Assembly (NCBI RefSeq): GCF_000150275.1
Contig: NW_002060953.1
Location: 166,286-230,285 of the forward strand
Source of the DNA: Trichoplax adhaerens
Lineage: Eukaryota > Animalia > Placozoa
DNA: 64,000 nucleotides
Direction: 5' to 3'
Shown here: positions 25,396 through 39,316 of the stretch, in pieces
Position numbering within the stretch: the first letter of the stretch is position 1
Layout of the letters: every line of letters begins with the position of its first letter
Translations under genes and position numbers: made by a program
The notes under the pieces: generated by a model
Databases searched by the model: none
Told to the model about the DNA's origin: nothing
The model's input: the letters and a program-made list of their open reading frames with translations, nothing else

Positions 25396-28300
25396 TGGAT
25401 TCAAAAAATTGATCTAAATTCCATAATTTATAGTGTACTTGGTGTTATTATCGCCATTAAACCTTATATCTTTCTCATGCTTGTACCTAAAATGAATTAG
25501 TACGTCATTACATGCTAAAAACTGCGCAAGATCCACAAGTATACTTATAAAACAAGCATATTATCGAGAATAAGGAATCAGATACCATGGAGGATTATCG
25601 ACATTACTTGGAAAAATCGAGCCATTCGTTTTCGTATCTAATGCGATAATACCAATGGCATTCCCTTTATCTCACAAGCATACTTTCAGTTTGAAATAGA
25701 CAAAATCAATCAGAACGAATGATGTTTCGTCTGTTTCTTTACATTTTGTGCGAAGTAAGACGTTACCGTGTATCTTCTGCAAGGTTGCGTAATCTTTAAC
25801 TCTCCTCGATTTTATTTAATGTGTTAAAGCGTACCTGTTTAATTAAACGGTTCAAGCTCTCACAATTACTAAAATTAAAATCTAAAATATATATAAATAT
25901 ACTTGCAATCATAAGCCTAAAGCGATCGAATCATATCACATTAGTGTAATTCTAATTATCGAATAGTCTGATTTATAGCGATATAAAGTTGCCTATTTAC
26001 TTGTACCTGATAAAATAATTTTCAGGCTAGATTAATTTGGAAGTCAGTAGACGCGATTGTACCATCATCCAAATACTTCTTATTTGAGAGATAACGATCA
26101 CATTCTACAATAAGCACTCCAAATGATTTCCATAAAATGGTTCAATTTACGTAATAATATAATAAACTTCAATTTTGCTGCCTCTAAAATTGTAATTATC
26201 CTAAAGATCATTACTTACGATACATATAGTAATTATCACTATTTATTGATTTAGCTGAGCTAATTCATTAACTGTACCAATATTTTTGTATTATTATTTC
26301 CCACTATAATATAATTGTTTTCGCAGCTCCAGCCGTTATAACTTCAATATGGGCATAAAAGTACATCAAACATCAAAGAATATGATAATAAAATAATGTA
26401 ACTATATCCATTTCGAGGGCTTTCTGTTTCCACCGTAATTCACTGGAATTCTACTTGTACAATTTGATAATACTAATCTTATCATTTAATTTTAATTTGC
26501 CCAATTCTGTAATTGTGGATAATAAAAATTCAGACTTTTCATGTTAAATACCAATCTAGATATTAAATGTGTCGTAATTCTAACAAGATGATAAAACAAT
26601 CCGGTTAATCAGCAATGCTTTCATCTTATTATAATGGTAAGCTCTGTCTCTATCATTAAGTCTTTCGTTCAAAGTAGATAATTTAGTATGTTGCTACAGA
26701 CCACCGTATCGGCTACAAAAAGTTAAGCAATCCTGCAGTTAAAAATACTTTATTACGATATATCACCAGATCTCTCTGACACGTTCCTATCAATACAATT
26801 ACAATCAAGTTTTATGAACTAACACATAGTCCAATTTTGAGCGGTTACTGCACCTATAACATAGAGATATCATATTTTTATGATATACATGCGAATAATT
26901 ATAAAGTAGCAACTCTATTCTTTAGATTGATATAATTAGCCCTCTAGGGTACATTAACCGTTAAAACTACTCACTCTTACTAGCGGATGTTTGCGAAATT
27001 CGGGTAATGCAAAGGTCGTATACTCTCAATAATGGGTAACTATCACGTATTCGTGTGATTAGCATAATATCTAGTAATAAAATTTTAATTACTTGATGTA
27101 TTACCACCAACACCATACATCCAGACTAGGAAGCCAATGTCCAAAGTGCAAATCAGTTGAGAACATGAAAGTTACAGCATGTTAACTGACACAATATATT
27201 TAGTTGCAAATTTAAATAAATATTGTAAGGAATTTTTATGATCGTCAATAGAAACAGTAACCGGTTATAGTACACTTTTTGAATTTACTTGAAAGTGCTT
27301 GCAACTGGTGTAACTTTTAAGTTATCGCTAAAAGATGTACGTATTTCATCATCAGTTGTAATATTTTACAGCTGTATACATCTACATGATGATAACACGA
27401 CTGAAATTGTAAGTTAGTTTTTCACAATTTGGGGCACAAAGATGAAACTAAAATACAATCTTAGGATATAATTTTGAAATTACAGTATCTCATACTTCGT
27501 AATATGTGGGAAGCACTATACATTTACCTAAATCGTCATTATTACTAATGCTTTTATTTATGACAGATATTAGAGTTCCATAAAAATATGATCTGCATAC
27601 TTACGACTTATTCACCAAAAGCATTTCACCATCATGAATTTTTCTTTATTTGTATACGGCTATGCTATTCATTTCTGTTATTTCTAAATTAATATGAATA
27701 GAAAGTTTACATTTTCGCAGGTGATTACGCAATCTATTAACACTAGACTTGTAAGCAATATTTCACGTGATGCCTTCCCAGACCTGAATCCAAAGTACGT
27801 AACTTCCACCGCCAAAGATTCTGTTTTCTTCGTCATGTTTGTTTAAAAGTTTACCTTTAGGATGAGTCAGCTTGCTAGTCTGTACTTAAGCATACAATAC
27901 AAGCAATGCTAATAATTTAATAGCTTATATTTTCTTATCTTGGGTTTATTGCTCTTACTGTATGTGCTATAAATTTATACCTTGAGTTGCAGCAATTATC
28001 CTATCTAATAATACAAATAGCTGATAATTTATCAAGATTTTATGTCATAATAAAGCCGAATTTCGAAATTTATTGATTTTCTTTAAGATCTGCTTTTTTA
28101 AATTCATACATCCTCAGGATTTCAATCATTTTCAGTTAGAAATTATAAGCTGTATTATAAACTTGTATCGTCACCACGGTTGCTATCTAACCATAAAGGT
28201 AATAAAATTTAGTGACCTTGCCTTCTTTCGATTACTAGGTAGTTCCCATTCAGAAACACTAGCATAAATATCTCGTCTTTTTGCTTACAGAGAAACTGTA

Positions 28301-29811
28301 TTAAATTTTCTAATTTAATAAATAATTATGCTTCAATGTGGAAAGACTCCTTCCGATACTGCAGTATGATAAAACACAATTGAAAATGAACTTGATATTT
28401 CGTAATAACTAAGGTTATTTCTCAAGAGCACCTAATTTAAAGCGTATAAACTGTTATAAAATCTGTAAGATTAAAGGTAGGTGTTCCTTAAGGCTTCTTA
28501 ATTAGGTTTTATCGATCAAATACGCGGATAAGAACGAGATTTATAGATTTGAAGAAAATTATATCTTTACCGCGCTAGCTAATGCCAGCCATATTAAAGC
28601 TGCAGATATTTATAGTGTAAGCTGCAACGCAGCATATAGTACTTGATACTTATAAAAAGGGTTTCATATGCACTAAAGGGAAATTATATTTCACTTTATT
28701 AGGTGAAGTTCTTCAGAAAGGCCTGTAGCCAACCTTCTCCATTAGCTAACTAATAATGACCCTAAATTAAATCTTTAATGACTCAACGATATGATAATGA
28801 AGTATGTAAACACTAAATAGTTTACTTATCGAACTTTAGTAAATTTTATAAAAGAATGCTTTTAACGAGTTAGCGTATTATATTCAGCACGATTAAATAA
28901 AAAGAAAAGCCTTTAGCATAAATTTAAATCATCTTTTCCTTAGCATGAATTTTATCTTTCTTCGCTATTTATTGAATATATTTAACATACGTTAACCTTT
29001 CCGGATTTCCATAAAAATTATATTACAATATGGATTTATAAAATATCTTTTCGGCTAGTCATCAAATTAAAGTAACTGTTTACCATATACGTGTATGATG
29101 GCCGGTTTAATTATATATTGTTAGAACGAATTCGTAGTCAATATAATAGCTCCTCTACAGTAGGAATTATTATTAACGTTAATTTTTATAATATCCATGC
29201 AAAACGTTTCTTTTAATTTAATTATCTAAGTGTATGACTCCAGAACGTCGTTATTATAAGCTAATATTGATATCTATTTGTATCTTCATACATTAACATA
29301 TTTATAATGTTAATCGTTCATGATTGACAGCTTCGTGCATAACATGTTTTTGGTATAACGTGCACATAAATACGGCAGGAGTGGATTTAAATCCATCTTT
29401 AAATAAAGATTACATCGAGATCTGCGATACAATAATTCTGCGCGTCCAAATCAGTATCAGTATATTATCCTATAACGCATTCCAACATTAACATTCATAT
29501 ATGCGTTATTTAATGTAAACGCTAGATTTTCTTAATTAATATAGCTAGCTTTGTGTGTACTCTACGCGCGAAAAGAAAGCCATTTTATTTCCAATCCCGT
29601 CAAAAATGGTTGCCAATATATTGCTATCTTTTATTTATTAACGGTTGACAATTGCGAATCATCCACCCCTGAATTTTCATTGATATCAGTTCAACATATT
29701 AATTAACACTCTTAACGAAACGTGGTTAATCAGTACTAAGGTCTTGTAAATAGCCGGATTAATAGAAAATATTTCATAGCTCAGTATATGAAACTTTTAT
29801 GAATGGATAAA

Positions 29812-30792
29812 TTATACTTTATAGCTTCGACGTTGTGGCAATTGCAAATTTCTAGAGGAAGCCAGCCTGCCATTGCATAATAATAGATTCATTAAATAGA
29901 TCCATTTTTTACGTAAAATCGAATTAGTAGTTAGATAAATAATCGGATTAACTGCAATATAGGCGTCCAATAAAAAGAACGAAATATTAGCTGCAATTCG
30001 CCAGTAGGGTAATGTAGCGTTCGTACTTCCATGATTATATTGAAATATTCCATGTAATAGGACTACTATCATGGGTATCCAACAAATCATATTCATGCCT
30101 ACAATTAAAATAACAGTTCGTAAAGGCGTCTTAATACCAAAAGACCCTGATAGATCTTGATGTCCTTTCTGATATGCAATAGCGAAGAGTATAATATAGC
30201 AGAAGATAATTATTAGGATATGGATAATCATAGCCGAGACTAAAAATGTTAGAATTGTGACATTAGTTTGATCGATAACAAGTGAACACCAACAGATCGA
30301 ACCCAGAATATATTTACCTAAACCGAATCTTTCTAAGCCTAATATTGGAAATATTGAGATCATACTGCTAAACAGTATTATAGAAAGAATGATTATTGTA
30401 TATTTGGCCTTATTAGATTGACGCAAATAGCTAAAAGGGTTTATAACAGCGTGACAACGATCGACACTGAGAGCAACTGTTAAAGTTAACGAGCAACAAT
30501 TTAAAAGCGTAATTACAAATCCTTGTATTTGGCATAATACATGATTACCCGTTAACTTTACCAATAATATTAAAGGAATAAGAATTAATCCAGTACTAAA
30601 GCCAGTAATCAATAACGCGATAAGTAAAATATTATCGAGAGAACGCAGTAATGGCGATTTATAAATTACTATTAAGTTAAATAAGTTACCAACAATAGCT
30701 ATCGTTGATAGAAACAATAATGAGATTGTTTCAGGTGAGAACAGTAATTTCTGTTCGCTTTTAATTGTAGAAAGTGTGGCATTAAGATACAT
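29812..30792 (-). CDS. Intronless rhodopsin-like (class A) GPCR, paralogue of the 1502-2488 GPCR
   Basis: Seven TM segments, GN, CQIQGF, SVDRC, CWIP, NPIIY. First ATG at 30792; the ORF track start at 30831 is TTG. Confidence 0.92.
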   Translation of the reverse strand: MYLNATLSTIKSEQKLLFSPETISLLFLSTIAIVGNLFNLIVIYKSPLLRSLDNILLIALLITGFSTGLILIPLILLVKLTGNHVLCQIQGFVITLLNCCSLTLTVALSVDRCHAVINPFSYLRQSNKAKYTIIILSIILFSSMISIFPILGLERFGLGKYILGSICWCSLVIDQTNVTILTFLVSAMIIHILIIIFCYIILFAIAYQKGHQDLSGSFGIKTPLRTVILIVGMNMICWIPMIVVLLHGIFQYNHGSTNATLPYWRIAANISFFLLDAYIAVNPIIYLTTNSILRKKWIYLMNLLLCNGRLASSRNLQLPQRRSYKV

Positions 30793-32657
30793 GTCTGACT
30801 CTTCGTGTACGGCACCACGTCTAGTCTGCAATAGTTAAAATATGCCAAGTCCAATAACAAATGGTAAATATGGTATGTTGTAGATTTCAGGTAATAGCTC
30901 AAGGGCAAACTTTAATTATTGACACATTTAGATATTTTTCAGTTGCATTTATTTCCGTTAATGATATGATGAACATGTATTCAACTCGAAAGAACCATAG
31001 ACTACCTACCAAGCACAGCAATCATTCTCACTAAAAATTCTACCTATTTTCTCGTAACGAAATTAATTTATTCTTCGTTACGTCAACTCAGGTTGGTAGG
31101 TAATTACAGGGAAATGATTATAGTTGACTGCAGTTTTTTTTCATATTACTGCCTTGTTAATGACATTGAGTTGTAAAAGATCAGGTGTGCAATTAAATCA
31201 GGCATTGAATACGAATTTTTGTCAAATAGTTAATCATTTATGTGAAAAATGAATATCAACAATTTATAGCATTGTTACTATACAACATACCAGTAAACTT
31301 TTAGTCTAATTATTTGATAAACTTTAATCTCGCGTGACTGCAGCATGGACACTGCCTTTGTACTAACTTCACTGTCAAGGTCATTGAAAGGCTTATTGAA
31401 GGGTTACTGTGACATTAAAATAATTTAATACAGTAATTCAATTGAATCTAAAGCGTAGAGTAAAGGAAGCTATAAATTATTCAATTAATATTATTAATAA
31501 TTAAAGAGATATCATACTCCTTCCGGTAAATTCCTTGGTAGAGTAAAATTAGTAACAGAAAAAAATTTGGCTCACGTATTCGATGCTCGAAGATAATAAC
31601 TTATTACTACAGCATATAACGTGGCCTCCGCGAGTTCAAATCTACTATTTGAAATTAGTCAGGGATATGGTATCTTTACGTATGTGCATTGCTATTCCAT
31701 AATACTACTTCAACTATGAAATAAAAACATCTTTCTTTTCTAGTATTATTTAGTTTAAAATTTTTAAGTACTAGTATCAATAAATTCTGAGTTTATTCTC
31801 TGTTTCATAATCTGGGTTATGATACAGCGAAGCTAGGCACAATAAGAGAACAGATTATGTATAATCCATGGATATGTTAAAGAAGCTTTTGTAATTAATA
31901 TATTAAGTATTGGGATCTGGTCAAATTTCTACCGTATACATTTAATGATAGTTAGTCTGTCAATGGCCGTGAGCGTTACTCAATTTCATAGAATAGATTT
32001 GAGATGAAATTAGAATATGAAGCAATACATTTTCAATTTGAAGTTACTAGTTGATGCTTGCTATTACGACTAAGATGAGCGACAGAACGTCTCTGAAACG
32101 ATCGTTCATAACCATATCGAGTGCGCAAATCTGCAATCGATCGACCATGAATCAGAAGTAAATGTCTGCAAAACCGTAATTAAAATAGATGTGGTTTCAA
32201 TAAATAAAGTCGGTGTCTGAATTGATGGCTACACATCCGCTTGTTGGTATTAGTTTACTGACCACGCTGTCTATCATATAAAATCATCATGTTGTCATAA
32301 TCGCTGCTTTCGATTTCTAAATCAGCCGATTCTAAAGCTCTGAAAGAGAAGAGTTCCCAGATAATACGGGCGATGATTGCCTGCTTGACCGAACTATTAT
32401 TTAGTGTTAGGTTGAACACAAACTTAATAATTCCTTACTCTTTTTAGTACTTTATAATCCTGGAATTATAAAGAGTAAGGGTTGACATAATTGCTTGCTA
32501 TATCGAATTATTGAGCACTAGGTTAAAATTTTGACATTATCATCTCGTATTCCTCTTACTGTATAAAGCCTCGGGAATATAAAGTAATAAGCACACTGAG
32601 TACAGACATGGACTACTCAAAGAAAACGGTTTTCTTTTAGTAGTCTGAGGCACAGAG

Positions 32658-32809
32658 TAGAAGTGCATCTGTTACTATGGCTATCAGAAAATTGGCAAGG
32701 AAAAATGTGCGTCTGGACCCTCTCTGCCATGTTAGAAGTGCATCTGTAGCTATGGTTATCAGAAAATTGGCAGTGAAAAATGTGCATAGCGACACCATCT
32801 TCCATGTTA
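32658..32809 (+). repeat. 75-bp tandem repeat (2 units) encoding stop-interrupted EGF-like C-x-C-x-x-G-Y-x(7)-C peptides
   Basis: Units start at 32658 and 32733. One frame reads *KCICYYGYQKIGKEKCASGPSLPC*KCICSYGYQKIGSEKCA*. Confidence 0.7.
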
Positions 32810-33279
32810 CAGTAATATCACGGTCATTGCCTGCAAGGGATGGTTATTGAATCCTTTCATTTTTTGCAAAAAAACCGAACTGTTTTGATGCACAAGCATT
32901 AAGGTATTGTAGCCAGTTATAAGCATTTCTTACGACAATTGGCGAAGAATTAATCCATAATTTCCAAAATGTTGCATAAATAGAAAAATTGATTAAATTG
33001 ATTAATCGTTAGTCAGGTCTAATCGTGACCATGACTGTGCAGAAAGTGTGCAAGTCTGCAATGGGCACTACAGTGTGCACTACAATGATAGATGCTGTAG
33101 TGTACTGTAGTGTACGGTAGGTCAAAACCGAGCATAATACAGTGCTACTATAGTAGAGTACTGAACTGTGGAGTTTTTCCAAAAAATGAAGAGAACATTG
33201 AATAATACTGTATTATACTATAGGCTTTTACCAGTGTTAGGGTCAAAAAGATTGCTAGAGAGGGAAGTAACTATTTATC

Positions 33280-33534
33280 GACCAGAGCTCGCCTTTCCAG
33301 CTTGATCATTTTCCATCTTCCTATATATTATTTGGCACGCTTACATCCCAGTGGCCATTAAAGCTATACGGCTGAACTTTAAGCTGCACAAGACTTCAAA
33401 TCTATACAGACCAGAGCTCGCCTTTCCAGGTTGATCATTTTCTATCTTCCTATACATTATTTGGCAGGCTTACATCGCAGTGACCATTAAAGCTATACGG
33501 CTGAACTTTAAGCTGCACAAGACTTCAAATCTAT
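33280..33534. repeat. 129-bp tandem duplication immediately 5' of ACCS-like copy A
   Basis: gaccagagctcgcc...gacttcaaatctat begins at 33280 and again at 33409, with few substitutions. Confidence 0.93.
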
Positions 33535-33572
33535 CGTGTTCCAAGTCATTTTTACCTTTCAATTCCATCACC

Positions 33573-36500
33573 ATGAGCTCAACTCATTCGAATGAGAAGC
33601 AAAACTGTCTGTCCAAGCGTGGCAATAACATTGTTACATTTAAAGATGATGTGATATTGGAAGCGTATATGCTGTGGCTGAAAAATCCTTACGACCCTGA
33701 ATCGAATCCACAGGTAAAGTGAAGTGATACAATATTGCCCAGTGATGAATTGTGGAAGGGCATCCAAAGAAATAGAGCAGTTACAGTTCTCATACGCTAA
33801 TCGTAATAATAGTCTAACTGAATAATCATTTATAGTTATCTTACTTCAATTCCTCATCAGTTAGCCTACAAGGAGATACGTATGTACTCCTGTAACGACC
33901 ATACTGTTAGTAGAATGATTCATGAATTAATAAACATGTTACGTGACTGTTCAAGACTCCTATTTCCCCGGATAAATATATCATTTTGCGCGGAATATGA
34001 AAAGCCTTATCCTCAATCATACCCTCTAACTTTACAAAATGGCTTGCTGTTTAGGGAATAATCAATATGAATATAAGCGAAAACAAGACAGTTGGCGATA
34101 TTTTACTGCCCAAGGTAAGCATCAGTGTTTCTAATTAATCTATAGGACGTACTTGATAAATTGTTCAATACGTATAATAGGGTATACGTACGAATTGTAG
34201 AATTAAGAACTTATGTAGCAAAATAACAAAGTACTAACCTCAATGCTTAGACGACGCAATCTTATCAATGTTGATTGAAGAAGTAAATAGACTGTATGCG
34301 AATAGTTTTACATAATTAATGAAACCTTCTTATGATTAAGTTGAATGAGGGCATCGAAATTACTGAAGAAATGTTATATTATGGAGACTTGACTGGCAGA
34401 GATTAGTAAGATGTTTTCTTTGATATGTTCATGTAATTGATACCAAATAAATTATAAGAAGCACCATATAATAGTGAAATAAGTACCAAAACATATATAC
34501 TTTGATAACAATATCATACTAATATACTCGTAGCTTCTGACCAGCAGTTTTTTTTATACCCGCATAGTTTCCGCCAAGCGATGGCAGATTTCTTAACCAA
34601 ATATTTTAAAGCATCGCCAAGACCTGTACGCAAGGAAGAGGTACACCATTGCAAATGAGATAAATAGATGTTTGTATTAAATGTCAAGTGCTGCTATTAT
34701 TGCTTACTCGGATATATTGCAATATATAAATCAAAATTTTACCAATCTTCATTGTATGATCGCTCATAAATGATACTATTGAACTTCTTTTATACACGTA
34801 CTGCAATTGTCGTTAAAACGCATCTTATAATCATATATTGCATTTTGTTGTATAAGGCATATTACTTAACAAACCGGATCATTTTACTACTCACTGATAA
34901 ATATCTTTTCTTACAGCTAATTGGCTTATGTGGTGCATCATCCATAATTAGCATTATGGGTAATGCTATATGTGATCCAGAAGGTACTATTACAGAGTTT
35001 GATAGCCATGAATAAACCTTAATATAGTGAAATCAATTTAAAGATCTGACCTCTGAACTTACTTACTATGATTAATCACCAGTAGTACTCCATACAATCC
35101 CTATTAGTATATTATCGGCGTATCAAAGCTGATAATGGAAATTAGATTATAACTACCAGTAGTTGATGAGAAATATGTTTGGATATTGTTACTAAAGGTG
35201 TGATTATTTTTGATAGAATATTTGCTTGTCCCATCCCCCTATTATGGCACGTTTGCATCTGATTTGTTATTCATGTCGGAAGCTCGATTGGTTCCAGTGA
35301 ACCTTACGTCTGAGGTAACGCTCCAGAGCTGGAGGAGCTGTATGCCTGCAATTTAACAAGTCTAAAAGATACTATATCACAAGCTGCTAATCGAATGCTC
35401 AAAGTTTGATTACAATTCATGAATTGTAGATTAAAGAACCTAATTTCGAACCTTTTCAATTAACTGTTCCAGCCTTAGAGAGAGCATTACAGCAAGCAGT
35501 ATCGCAGGTTGCTATTTGTTCATTTTAAAGAGATTGTATGCCATCGTTACTTGTTATTACTCTTATTAACAAATACCGAATTGAATAGATTTTATAGTTA
35601 TTAATATTAATTAATTATGTAGCTTTTACTTAATTTTAGGGAAAAAGAGTTAAAGGCTTCTTATTTTCTAATCCTGCAAATCCTTCAGGCTCCTATTTCT
35701 CGAAGCAAATGATTAAGGATTATCTAGACTTTGCTCATAGGTCAAATTCACTTTAGATATACTATACTGGAAAAAAAATTATAGCTGATAACTTAGGAAC
35801 CTATCTTGTTTTCGACATAATAGGCATGAACTGCACATTATATTCGATGAAATCTATTACTTATCCAACCATGCACCTGATGCTGATATTATTAGCGTAT
35901 TGAGCATGATTAATGAGTAAGCTAGCAAATTGTATGTTTGACGTGTGATTTCTCGAACATTTCCACAGTAATTTATTAACGTTTATTGCAGGCTACCCGA
36001 TCCTGAGAGAACCCATTTCATCTGGGCTTTCAGTAAAGTATGTTTGTGGCTTGACCAAATTTTAACGTGATAATATAAGAAGTATCGACTGAAACGATAG
36101 CGGATTAGCCGCCACTGTGCCTATTCTAGTGAATAGCAATCGTAAATTTGCAATATTTTCGTTACACTTGAAGCAAATACGTTAATTTTGCAAACAAAAT
36201 TCTATGCAGGACTTTGCCAGTTCCGGTCTCCGTGCAGGAATACTCTGGACACAAAACAGTATGCTTCGAGCAGCAGTAGGAGCATGCTCTCGATTTAGTG
36301 GAATATCACCTCCAACGCAAGTCCGTATAGTTTCACTTTTTGCAATAAATATAACGCTTTGGACAAATTTAGGAATGAAATGAACATACTTTATTTATCT
36401 CTTTTTCTCTCTTTTCATTTTACAGAAACAACTGACCAATATGATCACTGATTACGGTATCGTAAGCTTTTGCATTAAATCAGTAACGATGTAACGATTT

Positions 36501-37285
36501 ATTTTATTGAAATATTACTTATTTTGCGAATAAATTGACATTTTTTTAAAAGATTGGCTCGACAACGTTTACTTCCCTACTATGCGTCGACGATTAAAGG
36601 AAAGCTACGAAATAGTACGTCAAACTCTTGACGAATTAGGTATTCGATACGTTATCCCTAAGGCTGGACTCTTTGTATGGGTAGACTTGATTGAGGTATT
36701 ATGAATATTAAAGGCTTCACTGCTAATGCTATTGCACATGAGTAGTAACCATTCTTATGCCATTCTAATGTGTCTTAAGATTGTCATGATTTTACTATTT
36801 ATACTGTGCGTACGGCTATGGCTTACTTAGTATTTCCAAGTGACTAATTTCAGTACTATCGTGCTGCATCGTATAGTTCATGCCGTCAGTTGATTTGGAA
36901 GGAGAGAGAAAGCTCTGGTTGTCTATTTTAGAAAATGGAGTTGGAACTGCTCCTGGATATGCCTTTTATTGCTGTGAACGCGGATGGTACAGAATAATCT
37001 TTGCATTGCCGGTGGCAGATGTTACCTTGGGTAAGATCTAATATAACATAATTTACCTTTGCAAATAAGATTTGAAAGGGTTTGTGAACATATTTTCATT
37101 TCAATATAAAATTTCTAGCCATGGAACGTTTTAAAAACTATTTATTGAAGATCAGAAACTTAGAAAATCGCAAACTTTCTGGTAACACTATTACATCATA
37201 AATTACAATTCTATTATTTACATTTGCTAATATCATTCGTCAATTACACTTAATTTCAGTCCAAGAAAGGATTTCTACACAATAA
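33573..37285 (+). CDS. ACCS: ACC-synthase-like PLP-dependent enzyme (aminotransferase class I/II), paralogue A, 16 exons
   Basis: The spliced product contains LSKRG, NPYDPESNPQGIINMNISENK, PSPYYG, NPANPSG, HIIFDEIY, the PLP-lysine motif FSKDFASSGLRAG, AGLFVWVDL and PGYAFYCCERGWYRIIF. All introns are GT-AG. It ends ...LSVQERISTQ*. Confidence 0.9.
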
Positions 37286-39316
37286 ATGGCGGTCTTGAAG
37301 AATTTTAAATCTTGACGCTATGAGTCAGCTCATAATTACTGGATTTCAATTCATTTACATATAATTTTAACATTCTCTCAATTTCTGGCTATAGCATAAC
37401 GTAATTTATATGTTTTTCCTATTTCGAGCATGGCATTGCTAAGATTAATTAACCAAATTTCGAAATAAAGATAAAATAGGTTGCACTTATACGCAGGTTT
37501 ATTGCGAAAGTTTATCCACTCTACGGCTCTTTTAGTGAAATATTAAGTATCAATAAAATTACGCAAGTACGAGTATATACTGTTACGGGCTTTAATGGAA
37601 TTATCAGGGTGTGATATATACCAATCACGAGATTCCAAATTTTAGAAAAATAAGGGCTTTATTGAATCTTATACAAAGATCAACTATACACAGCTCTACT
37701 TTAGCCGAATACTACTACTAAAGACTTCTACAACGAACTAACAGAATAATCTAAAGTTACATGCTTTTATACTTTTCGTAGCATTCGCAGCTACAATCCG
37801 CATGGCAACCTTTTACCTTATATTACACATAGTTAAATTATTCTTAGTCAGATTATTCTACTGCGGACCATCATTAATCCAATATGGATACGACTACAGT
37901 ACTTATGTAGACATTATTCACACCAGCCAAAGTACAATGAATTAACCATATCCTAATATATGATTTACAGTTCTATTTTTACCTATAGCCTTATTAGTAA
38001 CTCAACACCTTACTGTATATAGTCATCTGTACTCTAGCATGGAGTCTCTACCACTACAGTCTATAGTTATAGCTACCAAATATCTCTTAGAATAAACATC
38101 TACCGTACATTATACTAAACATGGCTAACAGTCTACAATCACAATACTAGTTACATTACACAGAGTTTCTACGAGTTTGTAAAATTTATATTGTTGCGTA
38201 AGACCAGGATTGTTTGGTATTCATCTTTCAACTAATCGCGGCTGATGAGACTTACAATTGAGTGTATATTATTCGATTCCGCAGCTATGTTGTCATACTT
38301 TGTTAATGATACCATCATTAGCTAGATTTGGCAGTTTCAGTGCTAAATTGCAAACATATCAGGTAACATTTACTTTACAAGATAACGACTTTTTTCGTCT
38401 TTAAATAAGATGATACAGTAGTAGCTCAGTTCAATGCGAAGTGCAAAGTAAAAGGAAACTATCAAAAATTATATTAATATTATTAAGAATGAAACAGATA
38501 CTCGTATAGCATACTCCTTGCAGCAAATTCCTTGACAGGTAGAATTAGTAGCAGAAACAAAATTGGCTTGGATATTCGATGCTCCAAGATAATAATTTAT
38601 TGCTACTTGTTCATGGCTAAAAATTTAATTAGCTTATTCTACACGTAAAGTGAGATTTTATCGAGCCATTAATTAGTGTTGTGTATTATAGATCCTAACT
38701 CATGTATTCCAACTTCCATGTTCACTTATATTAATTTAATATGACGTCACGGACTACTTCCTGATAAGTTTACTAGTCTAATGTCAAGCACTTCCGTCGA
38801 GTTGCTTCTACCGATTACTACCCTAATCTTCCGAAAGATCTAGTAAGACTATAACATAGTTTTGTATTTCCCGCAATAAATTTCTTATACATTGCCCGAT
38901 AGCCCGGAAAATGTACTAGAAAACGCCCTTTTAATTAAAGAACTGTATTTGAATTACGGTTGGCGTTTCAGAGCTGTTTACGTAGCCTGCCATTGAGATC
39001 AGTATGGCGACAGAGACTCGTCCAGATCAATTTCAAGCCAAAAAGTTGTCATAGCACTCTACCCTATACTGTACAGTGTACAGGATAGTACGTTTCGTAC
39101 AGGCATTGACTGTACTGTACTGTACAAATGGCGTGCGATGGTAGTAACTGCGAACTATAGTACAGTACCAACATCAAAGCCCATAGCTGGCAAATCTTCA
39201 TTTGCTGTTCACCAGAAGATTGCGAGTTTCTATCTTAAAGCTAAACCTGCATTGTCGTAATAAGACTTTAAAATCTATCGTATTCCAGCTAATTTTTACC
39301 TGTTAGCTTCATCACT

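Noticed and set aside
31621-31645. GAGTTCAAATC B-box/T-loop-like motif suggesting a tRNA
   Set aside because: No T-stem pairing and no cloverleaf can be built around it.
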